A stretch of 64,000 bases of DNA from Dehalococcoidia bacterium (lineage in GTDB: Bacteria > Chloroflexota > Dehalococcoidia > UBA6926), in NCBI GenBank assembly GCA_965237465.1, contig OZ250138.1:155547-219546 (forward strand). The letters run 5' to 3'. Position numbers and translations under genes: made by a program. This document shows, in pieces, positions 1 through 10,358 of this stretch (the first letter of the stretch is position 1; every line of letters starts with the position of its first letter). The notes beneath the pieces were generated by a model. It had not been told where the DNA came from, did not search any database, and saw only the letters and a program-made list of their open reading frames with translations.

Positions 1-1
1 C

Positions 2-562
2 CGTCAGGCGGATCAACAGGTGCGCGGCGTCGCTCTGTTGCCGTATGGTCTAGGCAAAGCCGTGCGCGTTCTCGTGTTCGCGCAGGGTGAAGGAGAGCGG
101 CTGGCGCGCGAAGCCGGCGCCGACTTTGTCGGCTCTGATGACCTTATAGAACGAATCGAAGGCGGCTGGGTAGACTTTGACGTTTCGCTCGCGACCCCGG
201 AAGTGATGGCTCGAATAGGCCGTCTGGGGCGTGTCCTTGGACGGCGAGGCCTGATGCCAAGCCCGCGTGCCGGCACCGTAGTCCAGCCGCAGGATCTGCC
301 GCGCGCCATTGAGGAGTCGCGTCAGGGGCGTGTCGAATTCAGGCTGGACAGGACAGGCATCATACACAGCCCCATTGGCAAGGCGAGTTTCTCCCAGGAA
401 AACTTGAAGGGAAACCTGGCGGCGCTGGTCAGTGCCATCACTCGCTCCCGACCGGAGGCGATTAAGGGCCAATTCATCAAGAGCATCACAGTCGCCAGTT
501 CCATGGGCCCCGGAATCCCCATTGACCCGCTCGCAGCTGCGGCGCTCCAACCTGAAGACTAA
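2..562 (+). CDS. rplA: 50S ribosomal protein L1 (5'-truncated by window edge)
   Basis: Frame open from position 2 (RQADQQVRG..LPYGLGK); GRLGRVLGRRGLMPSP, GRVEFRLD and SSMGPG motifs; precedes rplJ-rplL. Confidence 0.97.
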   Translation, partial: RQADQQVRGVALLPYGLGKAVRVLVFAQGEGERLAREAGADFVGSDDLIERIEGGWVDFDVSLATPEVMARIGRLGRVLGRRGLMPSPRAGTVVQPQDLPRAIEESRQGRVEFRLDRTGIIHSPIGKASFSQENLKGNLAALVSAITRSRPEAIKGQFIKSITVASSMGPGIPIDPLAAAALQPED

Positions 563-588
563 TACAATCAACTTGGCGGATACCCTAA

Positions 589-1116
589 ATGCCCTCTCTT
601 AAGAAAATAGAACAGGTCGAAGATCTGACGCAATTCCTTGATGGCGCGTCTCTGGTTATAGGCGCTAACCATACAGGGTTGAACGTGTCTGAGATGGAGG
701 GCCTGCGGCGCGCGCTCCGCATCAATGACACGCGCTACCGCATCGTTAAGAATCGCCTGGCTTTGCGCGCCGCGGAGGACCTGGGACAACCCGAGATAGG
801 GCAGGTGCTGGATGGTCCCGTTGGCTTGGTCGTCACTCGCGAAGATCCGATGCCGGTTATCCAGGCGCTGACCGCGCATATACGGACGAGTCGCATACGG
901 CTTCGAATAACAAACGCGGTTCTTGACAAGCGGGTGTTGAGCTCCGCGGAGCTGGAGAGACTCGCAAGCCTGCCGCCTCGCGAAATCCTGCTGGCCCAGG
1001 TAATGGGCGCAATGGGCGGCGTGTCACAGAGGCTGGTTAGCGTCCTGAACGCGCATGTGAGTAGTATTGTGAACGTTTTGGAACAGAGACGGAGACAACT
1101 GGAAGATAGGAGTTGA
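589..1116 (+). CDS. rplJ: 50S ribosomal protein L10
   Basis: [33 protein letters not shown] motifs; position between rplA and rplL. Confidence 0.96.
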   Translation: MPSLKKIEQVEDLTQFLDGASLVIGANHTGLNVSEMEGLRRALRINDTRYRIVKNRLALRAAEDLGQPEIGQVLDGPVGLVVTREDPMPVIQALTAHIRTSRIRLRITNAVLDKRVLSSAELERLASLPPREILLAQVMGAMGGVSQRLVSVLNAHVSSIVNVLEQRRRQLEDRS

Positions 1117-1120
1117 TGAC

Positions 1121-1510
1121 ATGGCGACCAAGGATGAAATCGTTTCCGCTATCGAGGGCATGTCCGTCCTTGATCTGGCTGACCTCGTCAAGGAGCTTGA
1201 GCAGCGACTCGGCGTGAGCGCCGCCGCTCCCGCCGCCGTTATGGTGGCCCCCGATACAGCCGCAGATGGCGGCGGCGCTGCAGCCGAAGAAGAGCAGTTT
1301 GAGTTCACCGTGACCCTCAAGGACATTGGCCCCAACAAGATTGAGGTCATTAAGGCCGTCCGGGAGCTCGTCCCGGGCCTCGGCCTCAAGGAGGCCAAGG
1401 AGCTGGTTGAGTCCGCTCCCACCGCCCTGAAGGAGAACATCGCCAAGGATGAGTCAGACACGATCAAGTCCAAGCTTGAGGGTGTCGGCGCCGGCGTTGA
1501 CATCACTTAG
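1121..1510 (+). CDS. rplL: 50S ribosomal protein L7/L12
   Basis: [14 protein letters not shown], Ala hinge, [24 protein letters not shown]. Confidence 0.98.
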   Translation: MATKDEIVSAIEGMSVLDLADLVKELEQRLGVSAAAPAAVMVAPDTAADGGGAAAEEEQFEFTVTLKDIGPNKIEVIKAVRELVPGLGLKEAKELVESAPTALKENIAKDESDTIKSKLEGVGAGVDIT

Positions 1511-1568
1511 GCGGACGAAGCGCGGTTAGCCTGACGCATTGACCCATTGGGCCACTGTTGCGATGAAC

Positions 1569-1610
1569 GCCCCTCCGAAGCGCCATGCCAGGCCGCCGGA
1601 GGGGCTTCTT
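1569..1610 (+). terminator. Probable intrinsic terminator after rplL
   Basis: GCCCCTCCG (1569-1577) / CGGAGGGGC (1597-1605) inverted repeat followed by TTCTT. Confidence 0.55.
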
Positions 1611-1655
1611 GCATACGTCATCACACATGAAGCGCGCTAACCGTGGATCAAATAG

Positions 1656-2405
1656 GTGAACGGCGAAAGCGGGAACGATCCCGACGATGACGGCATCGCC
1701 TATTCGCCGCGCCTGCTGATTCGAGACTACCCGGCGAGTGAGCGTCCCCGTGAACGCCTTCGTGATCTCGGCGCGCAATCCCTCAGCACCCCGGAATTGT
1801 TGGCGATTCTACTGCGGGTCGGGCGCAAAGACGAGAATGTCATCAGCATGGCCACGCGCCTACTTGCGGAACATGAGGGCGTCAAAGGCCTGGAGCAGGC
1901 GGCCTTCCACGAGCTGGCGTCACGGCCCGGTCTGGGCGTAGCAAAGACGGCCCAGATCAAGGCCGCCCTGGAGTTGGGCCGCCGCCTCATGCAGGCCGAC
2001 CCGGCCGAGCGGCGAATCATTGGCAGTCCCAAGGATGTCTATGACGTCGTTGGAGCGGAGATGGTCTTCCTTGAACATGAAGAGCTCCGTGTCATTGTGC
2101 TCAACACAAGGAATCACGTGATTGATGTCGCCACCATCTACCGGGGGACGGTCAATTCCTCGAACGTGCGCGTCGCAGAGGTCTTCAGGGAGGCTGTGCG
2201 CCGCAACCAGCCTTCAATGATCGTCGTGCACAATCACCCCTCCGGCGACGTCACCCCCAGCCCGGATGATGAACGCACCACGCGCCTCCTCGTAGCAGCC
2301 GGCAAGACCCTGGAAATCGAGGTTCTCGACCACGTCATCATTGGCTACAACGCCAAAAGACCTTTCATGAGCATGAGGGACGCGGGTCTGGGCTATGATC
2401 GATAG
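1656..2405 (+). CDS. radC: RadC (UPF0758) JAB-domain protein
   Basis: ERPRERL..GAQSLS.PELLAILLR N-terminus, HhH region, HNHPSGD..PS..D and VLDHVII motifs. Confidence 0.95.
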   Translation: MNGESGNDPDDDGIAYSPRLLIRDYPASERPRERLRDLGAQSLSTPELLAILLRVGRKDENVISMATRLLAEHEGVKGLEQAAFHELASRPGLGVAKTAQIKAALELGRRLMQADPAERRIIGSPKDVYDVVGAEMVFLEHEELRVIVLNTRNHVIDVATIYRGTVNSSNVRVAEVFREAVRRNQPSMIVVHNHPSGDVTPSPDDERTTRLLVAAGKTLEIEVLDHVIIGYNAKRPFMSMRDAGLGYDR

Positions 2406-2576
2406 CCCGCTGTCTGTTTAACACAGTGATTTGAGCAAAGGCCCACAACCGAGTCGGCTGATTACAGGGCGCCCGCTGCGGTTTGTGCTGGACCTGATCT
2501 TACGTTTGCACGGGAAAGAGTATGGCGCGTCGAAACAGGGAGTGAATGGGGCGGTCTCCATCGATGACTTCGCGGG

Positions 2577-3791
2577 TCACCGCCGCCGATTTGGCCTTCT
2601 TCGCCCCAGCAGCAGCCTGCGACGCAGCGGCAGCTCATTCCTGGCCGGCGGGCTCTCAGGGCCGGAAGCCGTCTCGGGCGCGCCTTCCTCATGCCCCAGG
2701 TCACTCCAGGCAAAGATCAACGAATAGATGAACCCCGCGATCGGCACGCCCAGCATTGCGCCCCACGGCCCGGCGAACCGCGTGCCAAGAATCACGGCCA
2801 GCAACACATAGAAGCCCGGCATTCGCACCGCCTTGCCGTACACGCGCGGCAGAACGAAGTTGTTCATGAACAAGCTCAATGAAATCAGCGCCACTGAGAC
2901 GACGATCGCCGTCGTCACGGATCCGGTCAGGAGAGCGATGGCGATTGGGATGCCGATTGCGGCGAATTCACCGATAAATGGCACAATCTGAATGAACCCG
3001 GCCGACAGGCCGATGGGCAATGCAAAAGGAAGCCCCGCCGCCAGCATGATTGTCGTGATCGCGATCGCGTACATCGCTATGACCAGCGAAATGCCTTTGA
3101 GGTACGAAAAGAAGGTCTGGTCAAGGTGCCCCATGATGGCGCGCGCTCTGACGTGATACTGCCTCGGCAGCACACGGAAGAACAGGCCCATCAGCTGATC
3201 CCTTTCCACCGTCATGTAGAAGGAAAGGGAGATGCAGAAGATCGTCTGGATCAGGATATTCGTTGTGCTCCCGACGATTCCCAGGGCATTGCTTTGCACC
3301 CAGCTGCCCAATGAGGCCCCTATGCTGGCCAGAGGATCCACTGTCTCTGTCACCTCTGTCCCGCCGGCGGCGCGAAGAGAGTCAAAGAACTCGTTAATCC
3401 CTGTCAGTAACTGCGAGATTCTCGCGGAGAATTCCGGCAAGTCCTTAGAAAGGCTTACCGTCTGCGACAACGTGATGGGGACGAGCAGGCTGACGAAGGC
3501 GATGAATGGCAAAAGGATGATTAGGAACGCAATCGGCACGGAGGCCCAGCCCGGCTGAGGCACGTACCTGGCAACAACGCGGCTTAGATGCCAGGCCGAG
3601 GTGGACAAGATCCACGCTAGGAAAACGATGAGCAGGACGTCAAACACCAGGGTGACGAAGCTTGAAACAGTCTGTAGCAGGTAGGCGCCCGCGGCCAGCG
3701 TGATGACGACAATTGCCAACCGCAGCGCGAAGGATTCGGCTAGACGGCTGCTGAGGTCAGTCCCCTGAGTCCGCTGTTCTCTTCGTGCCAT
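2577..3791 (-). CDS. AI-2E family transporter
   Basis: Multi-TM protein with IVPFIG, N-FVLPRVYGKAV and GPWGAMLGVP motifs; start set at ATG 3791 (ORF extends to 3848). Confidence 0.88.
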   Translation of the reverse strand: MARREQRTQGTDLSSRLAESFALRLAIVVITLAAGAYLLQTVSSFVTLVFDVLLIVFLAWILSTSAWHLSRVVARYVPQPGWASVPIAFLIILLPFIAFVSLLVPITLSQTVSLSKDLPEFSARISQLLTGINEFFDSLRAAGGTEVTETVDPLASIGASLGSWVQSNALGIVGSTTNILIQTIFCISLSFYMTVERDQLMGLFFRVLPRQYHVRARAIMGHLDQTFFSYLKGISLVIAMYAIAITTIMLAAGLPFALPIGLSAGFIQIVPFIGEFAAIGIPIAIALLTGSVTTAIVVSVALISLSLFMNNFVLPRVYGKAVRMPGFYVLLAVILGTRFAGPWGAMLGVPIAGFIYSLIFAWSDLGHEEGAPETASGPESPPARNELPLRRRLLLGRRRPNRRR

Positions 3792-3967
3792 TTGACGTTC
3801 GCTGAGCCCCTGCTCAGATCCTGGCCGCGCCCAATTCCGAATCAGCACGGCGAGCGCTTCTGCGTGTCATAACTACAGTACTCCTACGCCCCCGCCCGCT
3901 CACTGCGCTACGCTGTATGCCACGGGGCGCGTTTGGCCCCTAAGAGCCAGGGGAGGGAGTTTCCCGA

Positions 3968-4639
3968 ATGCCGAATGATCTTGTCCTCTATATTGCTGCC
4001 TTTGCGCTGGCGTACCTTATGGGATCGGCGCCAAATGCCGTCATCGTTTCCCGGCTGTTCTTTGGCGTGGATGTGAGGGAATTGGGGACCGAAAATCCCG
4101 GAGCGTCCAATCTGTTTCGGCAGGTCAGCCCGGTGGCCGGAGTCGCCGTGGGTTTAGCGGACATGCTGAAGGCATTTATCCCTGTGATCATTGCGGACCG
4201 CGTTCTGGGGCTGGGTCCTGTCGGCGGGACAGTAGCGGCCGTCGGCGCGCTATGGGGCCATCAATTCTCGTTCTGGCTGCGCTTCCGGGGAGGCGCTGGC
4301 CTTGCCTCGGCAATCGGGGGGGTTGCCGGTCTCATGTTGGGGCCCTTTGCGCTTGCTACAATCATCGGCGCGCCAATGGTGCTGTTCAGTCGCAATATGG
4401 GATGGTCGGGCGGACTGACGATATTCGCCACGTTCTTTGCGGCGGGTCTCTCCGTGTGGACAGCAGCGCCGTTCCCAACCGCCCTGGCCATTGACCGGCC
4501 GGAGTATCTGTTTGGAGGCATGCTCACAGCTCTGCTCTTTGCGTTGCCCTATTGGCTGCGGCTACTCGGCGCGCTTCTCGCCTCTCGCGGCGGATCCGCC
4601 GAACCCGGTGACGCGTCGACCACGGGGGACCGAACGTAA
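3968..4639 (+). CDS. plsY: Glycerol-3-phosphate acyltransferase PlsY
   Basis: AYLMGS.P, DVRELGTENPGASN, DMLKA, GHQFS..LRFRGG.G motifs. Confidence 0.9.
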   Translation: MPNDLVLYIAAFALAYLMGSAPNAVIVSRLFFGVDVRELGTENPGASNLFRQVSPVAGVAVGLADMLKAFIPVIIADRVLGLGPVGGTVAAVGALWGHQFSFWLRFRGGAGLASAIGGVAGLMLGPFALATIIGAPMVLFSRNMGWSGGLTIFATFFAAGLSVWTAAPFPTALAIDRPEYLFGGMLTALLFALPYWLRLLGALLASRGGSAEPGDASTTGDRT

Positions 4640-5576
4640 TCAGTGTGATGACCGCGATGACGATCGGGGGAAGAAAGAAGCCCAGGTGAATCAGGAGGCC
4701 GAACGCCAGCGCCGGCTCCTTCGCCACACCGTAAAAGCCCAGAAACGCGACGGCGGCGGCCTCAAACGGGCCAATTCCGGAGGGCAACCCCGGAATCAGC
4801 GACCCCATCGTCATCGTTCCCAGCATGACAACGTAGATGACTCCATACGTCTGCCATAGCTGTGAATTCCCGGCAATGTCTACGCCCTTGTCGTTGAAGA
4901 CAAGGAAGGCCGCCGCGCCAAGGAGCAGCCATTGGGCCATCGTCACGCCGCCGACGAGCGCCAGCTTCTTCGGCTGTCCGACCAGTTCACGCCATGCCGC
5001 TGTGTACGTTCGAACGATTGGGAATTGGTCAAACCAGGCGAATCGGTGCGTAAACAAGGACCCCACGGCCACGAAGATGACAACAGCTGTGAGTCCAAGA
5101 ACGATCCAGGTTAGGATCTCCGCGCCATGCGGGGGAAAGATAGCGGACCCGATCGCAATGCAGCCGAGCGTAACCGCAAGGTCGGACACGCGCCCCAGAA
5201 TGATCGAGGCAAGCACGACTCCCCGGTCATAACCTTCGCGGAGGGCAAGATAGCCGAATTGAATGGGCTCCGCGATCACGCGTATTGGCGCAACGCTATT
5301 GAGCCCGAGGCCCGTGTTTTCGACGAAGAAGAGGAGCGACAGCGAGGGCGCCCCGCCGTGAAATAGCAACCGCCAACGATAGGCCCGCACGACGGCGCTT
5401 ATAACAACAAGCGCAAAGACGGGTATCATCAATGCCCAATTGAAAGTCGCCAGATGGCTCGCCAGAGCGCCGAAATCTACACCCTGAATCACATACCAAA
5501 ATATGCCGATCCCAAGGCCTATCCCGGCGACGATGCGTCCCCAAAGCCATACTTGGCGAATGCTCATTAGACTCAA
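4524..5576 (-). CDS. Lysylphosphatidylglycerol synthase TM-domain / UPF0104 flippase-like protein
   Basis: RAYRWRLL, N..AP.R, PGLPSGIGPFE motifs; hydrophobic multi-pass protein. Confidence 0.8.
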   Translation of the reverse strand: MSLMSIRQVWLWGRIVAGIGLGIGIFWYVIQGVDFGALASHLATFNWALMIPVFALVVISAVVRAYRWRLLFHGGAPSLSLLFFVENTGLGLNSVAPIRVIAEPIQFGYLALREGYDRGVVLASIILGRVSDLAVTLGCIAIGSAIFPPHGAEILTWIVLGLTAVVIFVAVGSLFTHRFAWFDQFPIVRTYTAAWRELVGQPKKLALVGGVTMAQWLLLGAAAFLVFNDKGVDIAGNSQLWQTYGVIYVVMLGTMTMGSLIPGLPSGIGPFEAAAVAFLGFYGVAKEPALAFGLLIHLGFFLPPIVIAVITLITFGPPWSTRHRVRRIRRERREARRVAAANRATQRAEL

Positions 5577-5649
5577 CTACCTTAGTATATTGGGCGGTGA
5601 TTCGCGATGGAACGCGGGAATGCAGGCCAATTCTGAAAGGCGCAGGACG

Positions 5650-6852
5650 CTATCCCGCGCCCAAAGATTCTCGCAGTCGCTGGGCCTCCGAATCGGGCGC
5701 GGACCGTAAGCGCCGATGGATCGGCGGGAGGGCGGTAGCCGACTCGGGGCCTGCTGGCGATGCTGCGCGAACAGCCTCCGCTAAGAGTTCCACGCCGCCA
5801 AGGAAGTCGCCGACGCGGATCATCTCGGCGCTGATGGCGTCTTCTCCAAGCCCGTTATGGTAGTGTCCCAGCGGGAAGGCCACGCCGGTCGACGCATAGC
5901 CATTTGCGACGAATGCCGTCGCCTCGCACACTCCTCCGCTCATCAGCTGCCGCTGCACAGGAATAGGTGGATCACGACGCAGCAACTGCTGTCGCGCCGT
6001 CTGGAGGTGCTCTTCTGCGCTCTGCGAAAACGTTGAGGCGGCATCGCCCACTCGTATGACCGGCCCGTTTCCTTGTTCAGCGCCCGGGAGCGTGCGGGAC
6101 GACTCGACTGACACCACGACAGTTTCAATGGGCAGCCGCGCTGAGGCGGCGAGGAGTCGCGCGCCGATCAGCCCATCCTCCTCCGCCCGCGTGAAAACCC
6201 CATAGGCGTCCACAGGGTCATCTCCACGCGCGGCAATCTCCAATGCGGCAAGCGTGGCCGCGCAGCCCGCAAGATCGTCGCAGGCGCGCATGTGAATCTG
6301 ATCGTCGCTCAGCTCGAAGCCCGGCAGATCAAACACCACGTAAGCGGGCAGCGAAACATCCGCTAACTCATCGATCTCCACCATGACAGTGCGGTCATCG
6401 GGATTGGAATCCCGACCCGTTGTGCTGCCGCGTATAGCGCCGCTGTTGTTTGAATGTACGATGACTCTAACGGCCTGGTCGTAGACAGTACTCGGCAGGC
6501 CGCCCAACATCCGGGTGGTCAATCGGATGCCATCCACGCCAATGACCTCGAACCCCGGGTGGTCCATGTGAGCGACAAGCGCGATCGGGCGTGGGGCAGC
6601 CCTATCCCGCGGTGAGGGCCGCGTGACCCTCGCTATGATGTTGCCGTATTCGTCGGTCTCGTGGGCAATGCCCGCCCCATCGAGAATGCCTTCAACAACG
6701 CGAGCGACATTGGCCTCAAAGTATGAGGTTGCCGGTTGATTTCCCAGTTCCTGTAGGATGGCGAGCGGGCGGGGCAGCGCCTCCATGTTCAACGTGTCAT
6801 GCCTTTCCCGTACATTCTTGTCGGCGGCCAGGCTGGCGCCCTTGCCGGTCAA
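5650..6852 (-). CDS. M20/M28/M42-type metallopeptidase/hydrolase
   Basis: DEYGNIIA, AHMDH, RACDDLAG, RAEEDGLIGA metal-binding motifs; true start may be internal. Confidence 0.8.
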   Translation of the reverse strand: MTGKGASLAADKNVRERHDTLNMEALPRPLAILQELGNQPATSYFEANVARVVEGILDGAGIAHETDEYGNIIARVTRPSPRDRAAPRPIALVAHMDHPGFEVIGVDGIRLTTRMLGGLPSTVYDQAVRVIVHSNNSGAIRGSTTGRDSNPDDRTVMVEIDELADVSLPAYVVFDLPGFELSDDQIHMRACDDLAGCAATLAALEIAARGDDPVDAYGVFTRAEEDGLIGARLLAASARLPIETVVVSVESSRTLPGAEQGNGPVIRVGDAASTFSQSAEEHLQTARQQLLRRDPPIPVQRQLMSGGVCEATAFVANGYASTGVAFPLGHYHNGLGEDAISAEMIRVGDFLGGVELLAEAVRAASPAGPESATALPPIHRRLRSAPDSEAQRLRESLGAG

Positions 6853-7067
6853 TTGTCACACATCCGTGAATAGCCCCCTCAATGTCCCTTCCGGGGTTGT
6901 TCGCGGGGATCGCCGGCGGGGTAAGTCATCGTGCTGTCAATGTGATCGTCCGCGAGGCTGGAAACCGCGGATTCCCCGCGCCGATGCTTACTTTCTGCGC
7001 CTTTCCTGCGTTTTAATTCTTGAAGGCAGTGTAATGAAACAGACACGCATCATCGCATTCCGAGGCT

Positions 7068-7095
7068 TTGACATAAATCTCCGCATGACTATCCT
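7068..7095 (+). promoter_or_regulatory. Candidate sigma-70 promoter upstream of sigma factor gene
   Basis: TTGACA-16 nt-TATCCT; GGAGG RBS before ATG 7184. Confidence 0.45.
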
Positions 7096-7183
7096 ATTAG
7101 ACAACCTTGGCTACACGGCCGGGGGGAGGTGTCTGGTTTGATCCGAGACGTATCGGGCTGAACCAGGACAAGGAGGTACGGAA

Positions 7184-8299
7184 ATGAAGGCGATAACGGA
7201 CGACATCCTGGCCGGAATCGCGCTTGATCAGACCCAAGTGGTTCTGGACGCCAATGAGATTCTTGCCACAGACCGCGAGGAATCTGACGAGGAGCCCCTC
7301 GAGGGAGTTCAGGCTGACACAACTCTGACCGACGAGGGCGAGATCAGCACGGCCAACGCGAATCAGCGTGAGGCCGACAAATCCGCCGCGAACATGAACG
7401 ATCCCCTGCGCGGCTATCTGCAGGACATCGGGCGGCGCAAGCTCCTGACTGCCCAGCAGGAAATCGAGCTTGGGCAGCGCATGGATGAGGGCCGAACGGC
7501 CTCCAGTCGCCTTGAGAGCGGCGAGTCGCTCACGGCAAAAGAGCGCAAGGAGCTGCTTGAGACGGTTCAGGACGGCGAGGGCGCGCGTAAGTTGATGACT
7601 GAGTCTAATCTCCGACTCGTCGTGAGCATTGCCAAGCGCTACCAGGGCCGCGGTTTGCCCCTGTTCGACCTGATACAGGAGGGCAATATCGGCTTGCTCA
7701 AGGCCGTGGAGCGCTTCGACTATCGTCGCGGCTTCCGATTCTCCACGTACGCAACGTGGTGGATTCGGCAGTCCATCGCCCGGGGCGTGTCGGAGCAGGG
7801 ACACACCATCCGTCTTCCGGTGCACGTCGGCGAAATGTCGTCCAGAGTTGAGCGTGCCAGCCATCGTCTGCTCCAAAAGCTCGGACGGGACGCAACCGTG
7901 GATGAACTTGCCGCCGAGACGGAGTTGCCGACTGTCAAAGTGGAGCAAGTCATGAAGCTGTGGCAGCAGCCCGCCTCCATCGACGCCCCGATCGGCGAGG
8001 ACGGCGCCACGCTCGGTGATTTCGTTGCCGAGGAGGACGCGCAGTCGCCTGTGGATATCGTGTCCCAGTCGATGCTGCGAGAGCGCATTACCTCTGTCCT
8101 GGGCTCGCTCTCCGCACGGGAGCGCCTAGTGCTTGAGCTTCGCTACGGCATTCGGGACGGCAAGGAATACACTCTTCGCGAGGCTGGCGAGATCATGGGG
8201 ATAACTCGTGAGCGCGTGCGTCAGATACAGGCGGCGGCCATGCGGCATCTGCGATATACCCGCTACCGGGAAAAGCTCGACGGCTACATCGAAGACTAA
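7184..8299 (+). CDS. RNA polymerase sigma-70 factor, RpoD/SigA-like (regions 1.2-4)
   Basis: DPLRGYLQDIG, NLRLVVSIAKRY, DLIQEGNIGLLKAVERFD, FSTYATWWIRQ, TRERVRQI. Confidence 0.95.
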   Translation: MKAITDDILAGIALDQTQVVLDANEILATDREESDEEPLEGVQADTTLTDEGEISTANANQREADKSAANMNDPLRGYLQDIGRRKLLTAQQEIELGQRMDEGRTASSRLESGESLTAKERKELLETVQDGEGARKLMTESNLRLVVSIAKRYQGRGLPLFDLIQEGNIGLLKAVERFDYRRGFRFSTYATWWIRQSIARGVSEQGHTIRLPVHVGEMSSRVERASHRLLQKLGRDATVDELAAETELPTVKVEQVMKLWQQPASIDAPIGEDGATLGDFVAEEDAQSPVDIVSQSMLRERITSVLGSLSARERLVLELRYGIRDGKEYTLREAGEIMGITRERVRQIQAAAMRHLRYTRYREKLDGYIED

Positions 8300-8324
8300 C
8301 AACGTCGAGGATGGGATCCTGGAC

Positions 8325-8357
8325 GAGAGGCGGCCTCCTGTTGGGGGCCGCTTTCTT
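8325..8357 (+). terminator. Intrinsic terminator after sigma factor
   Basis: GAGAGGCGGCCTCC-TGTT-GGGGGCCGCTTTCTT hairpin with U-rich end. Confidence 0.7.
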
Positions 8358-8448
8358 CGTGCTCCGGATGCTATCATTGTCTGGCCGGTACGGTGGACAG
8401 CATTCCGGCCGGAGTCTCTTTCGCCCACGATGTTTCTCTCGTTGACCC

Positions 8449-10287
8449 ATGCTGAAGTCACATAACTGCGGCGATCTTTCGCCTGCGGATGCGGGGCAGT
8501 CTGTGCAACTGGCCGGCTGGGTCCACAGACGGCGGGACCATGGCGGTCTTCTCTTTCTTGATGTTCGGGACCGCTCCGGGCTGGTGCAGGTCGTTGTTGA
8601 TCCCTCGGAAGCCCCGGACGCGTACGCAGCCTCCGATGCTCTGCGGAATGAGTGGGTCGTCGCTATTTCTGGCGAGGTCCACATTCGCCCGGAAGGCACC
8701 GAGAACACGCGGATCGCAACCGGCGGAATCGAGATTCATGCGACGGCGGTCGTTGTGCTGAATCCCTCGAAGACGCCACCCTTCTACATCAACGAAGAAT
8801 CGGACGTCGATGAGCTGTTGCGTCTTCGTTATAGATACCTGGATCTGCGACGGGAGCGCATGGCCGGAAACCTGGCGCTGCGCCACAAAGTGGTGAAGTA
8901 CATCCGGGATTTCCTAGACGCGCGCGGCTTCCTGGAGATCGAGACGCCGATGCTGATGAAGAGCACGCCGGAGGGCGCGCGAGACTACCTGGTTCCTTCT
9001 CGGGTTCACCCCGGATACTTCTACGCGCTGCCGCAATCTCCGCAGCAGCTCAAGCAGTTGTTGATGGTCGCAGGCGTCGAACGCTACTTTCAGATTGCCC
9101 GGTGTTTTCGGGACGAGGACCTTCGCGCCGATCGGCAACCGGAGTTTACGCAACTTGATCTTGAGATGAGCTTCATCGATGAAGATGACGTCCTCAACCT
9201 CATGGAAGAGTTGTATACAGGCCTGGCGAAAGCAACCGCTCCGAACAAGGCCGTGCATTCTCCGTTTCCGCGAATGACGTTTGCGGAGGCGATGAGGCGA
9301 TTCGGGACGGACAAGCCGGACCTGCGTTTCGGTCTGGAAATAACCGACCTCTCCGACATCGTCAGGGACAGTGGCGTTGCAGTGTTTACCTCCGTCTTGG
9401 AACAGCCCGGCGGGACCGTGCGAGGACTGGTGGCGCCCGGCTGCGCGCGGTATAGCAGACGGGAAATCGACTCGCTTACGGAGCTCGTTCGCGCGCAGGG
9501 GCCGCGTGGCCTCGCCGCCATCGGCCTGGATGGCGATCCTGATATGCCCTTAAACGAGCTGACCCAGGAGAACGTGCGCTCAGCGCTCGCCCGACACCTG
9601 GATGTTGACACGGTCCGCTCAATTGCAGAGGCCATGGGCGCCTCCTTTGGCGATCTGATTCTGATTGTCGCCGCCCCGGAGGACGCAGCCTGCGCGGGGC
9701 TTAGCGCTCTGCGGAATGAACTTGGAGTGCGGCTTTCGCTCGCCGATCCCTCCGATCTGGCGTTCGCCTTTATAACGGAATTCCCGCTGTTTGAGGCTGC
9801 CGCCGAAAGTGAAGATTCGGCTGCGATAACCCTGAACTCCGTGCACCACCCGTTCACTGCGCCCCTGCCGGAAGACGCCGATCTGCTTGAAGAATCGCCC
9901 ACGAGTGTGCGTTCCCGCGCCTATGACCTCGTCGTGAACGGCCTTGAGCTCGGATCAGGATCAATTCGCATTCATGATCGCACTCTGCAGGACAAGATAT
10001 TTTCGCTGCTGGGCCACTCCCCGGAGGAGATCCAGGAGCGGTTTGGCCACATGCTTGAGGCCTTTGAATACGGCGTGCCGCCGCACGGCGGATTCGCCCC
10101 CGGCATCGATAGGACCGTCATGGTGTTGGCCGGGGAGCCCAACATTCGGGAAGTCATCGCGTTCCCGAAGACACAGTCGGCGCAGGACCTGATGATGGGC
10201 GCGCCGTCCGAGGTTGATAGCGGGCAATTGCGTGACCTGAATCTGCAATTGAGGGCGCCCGCGTCGACGCCCGCGCAGGCGGACTGA
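8449..10287 (+). CDS. aspS: Aspartate--tRNA ligase
   Basis: GWVHRRRDHGG, STPEGARDY, LPQSPQ, CFRDEDLRADRQPEFTQ, PPHGG motifs. Confidence 0.98.
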   Translation: MLKSHNCGDLSPADAGQSVQLAGWVHRRRDHGGLLFLDVRDRSGLVQVVVDPSEAPDAYAASDALRNEWVVAISGEVHIRPEGTENTRIATGGIEIHATAVVVLNPSKTPPFYINEESDVDELLRLRYRYLDLRRERMAGNLALRHKVVKYIRDFLDARGFLEIETPMLMKSTPEGARDYLVPSRVHPGYFYALPQSPQQLKQLLMVAGVERYFQIARCFRDEDLRADRQPEFTQLDLEMSFIDEDDVLNLMEELYTGLAKATAPNKAVHSPFPRMTFAEAMRRFGTDKPDLRFGLEITDLSDIVRDSGVAVFTSVLEQPGGTVRGLVAPGCARYSRREIDSLTELVRAQGPRGLAAIGLDGDPDMPLNELTQENVRSALARHLDVDTVRSIAEAMGASFGDLILIVAAPEDAACAGLSALRNELGVRLSLADPSDLAFAFITEFPLFEAAAESEDSAAITLNSVHHPFTAPLPEDADLLEESPTSVRSRAYDLVVNGLELGSGSIRIHDRTLQDKIFSLLGHSPEEIQERFGHMLEAFEYGVPPHGGFAPGIDRTVMVLAGEPNIREVIAFPKTQSAQDLMMGAPSEVDSGQLRDLNLQLRAPASTPAQAD

Positions 10288-10358
10288 ACGAGAGACCTGC
10301 CGATGTATAATGAGATTTCCCGCCTCAAGCAGTTCTATAGAATAGGGAGCCTCCACGA

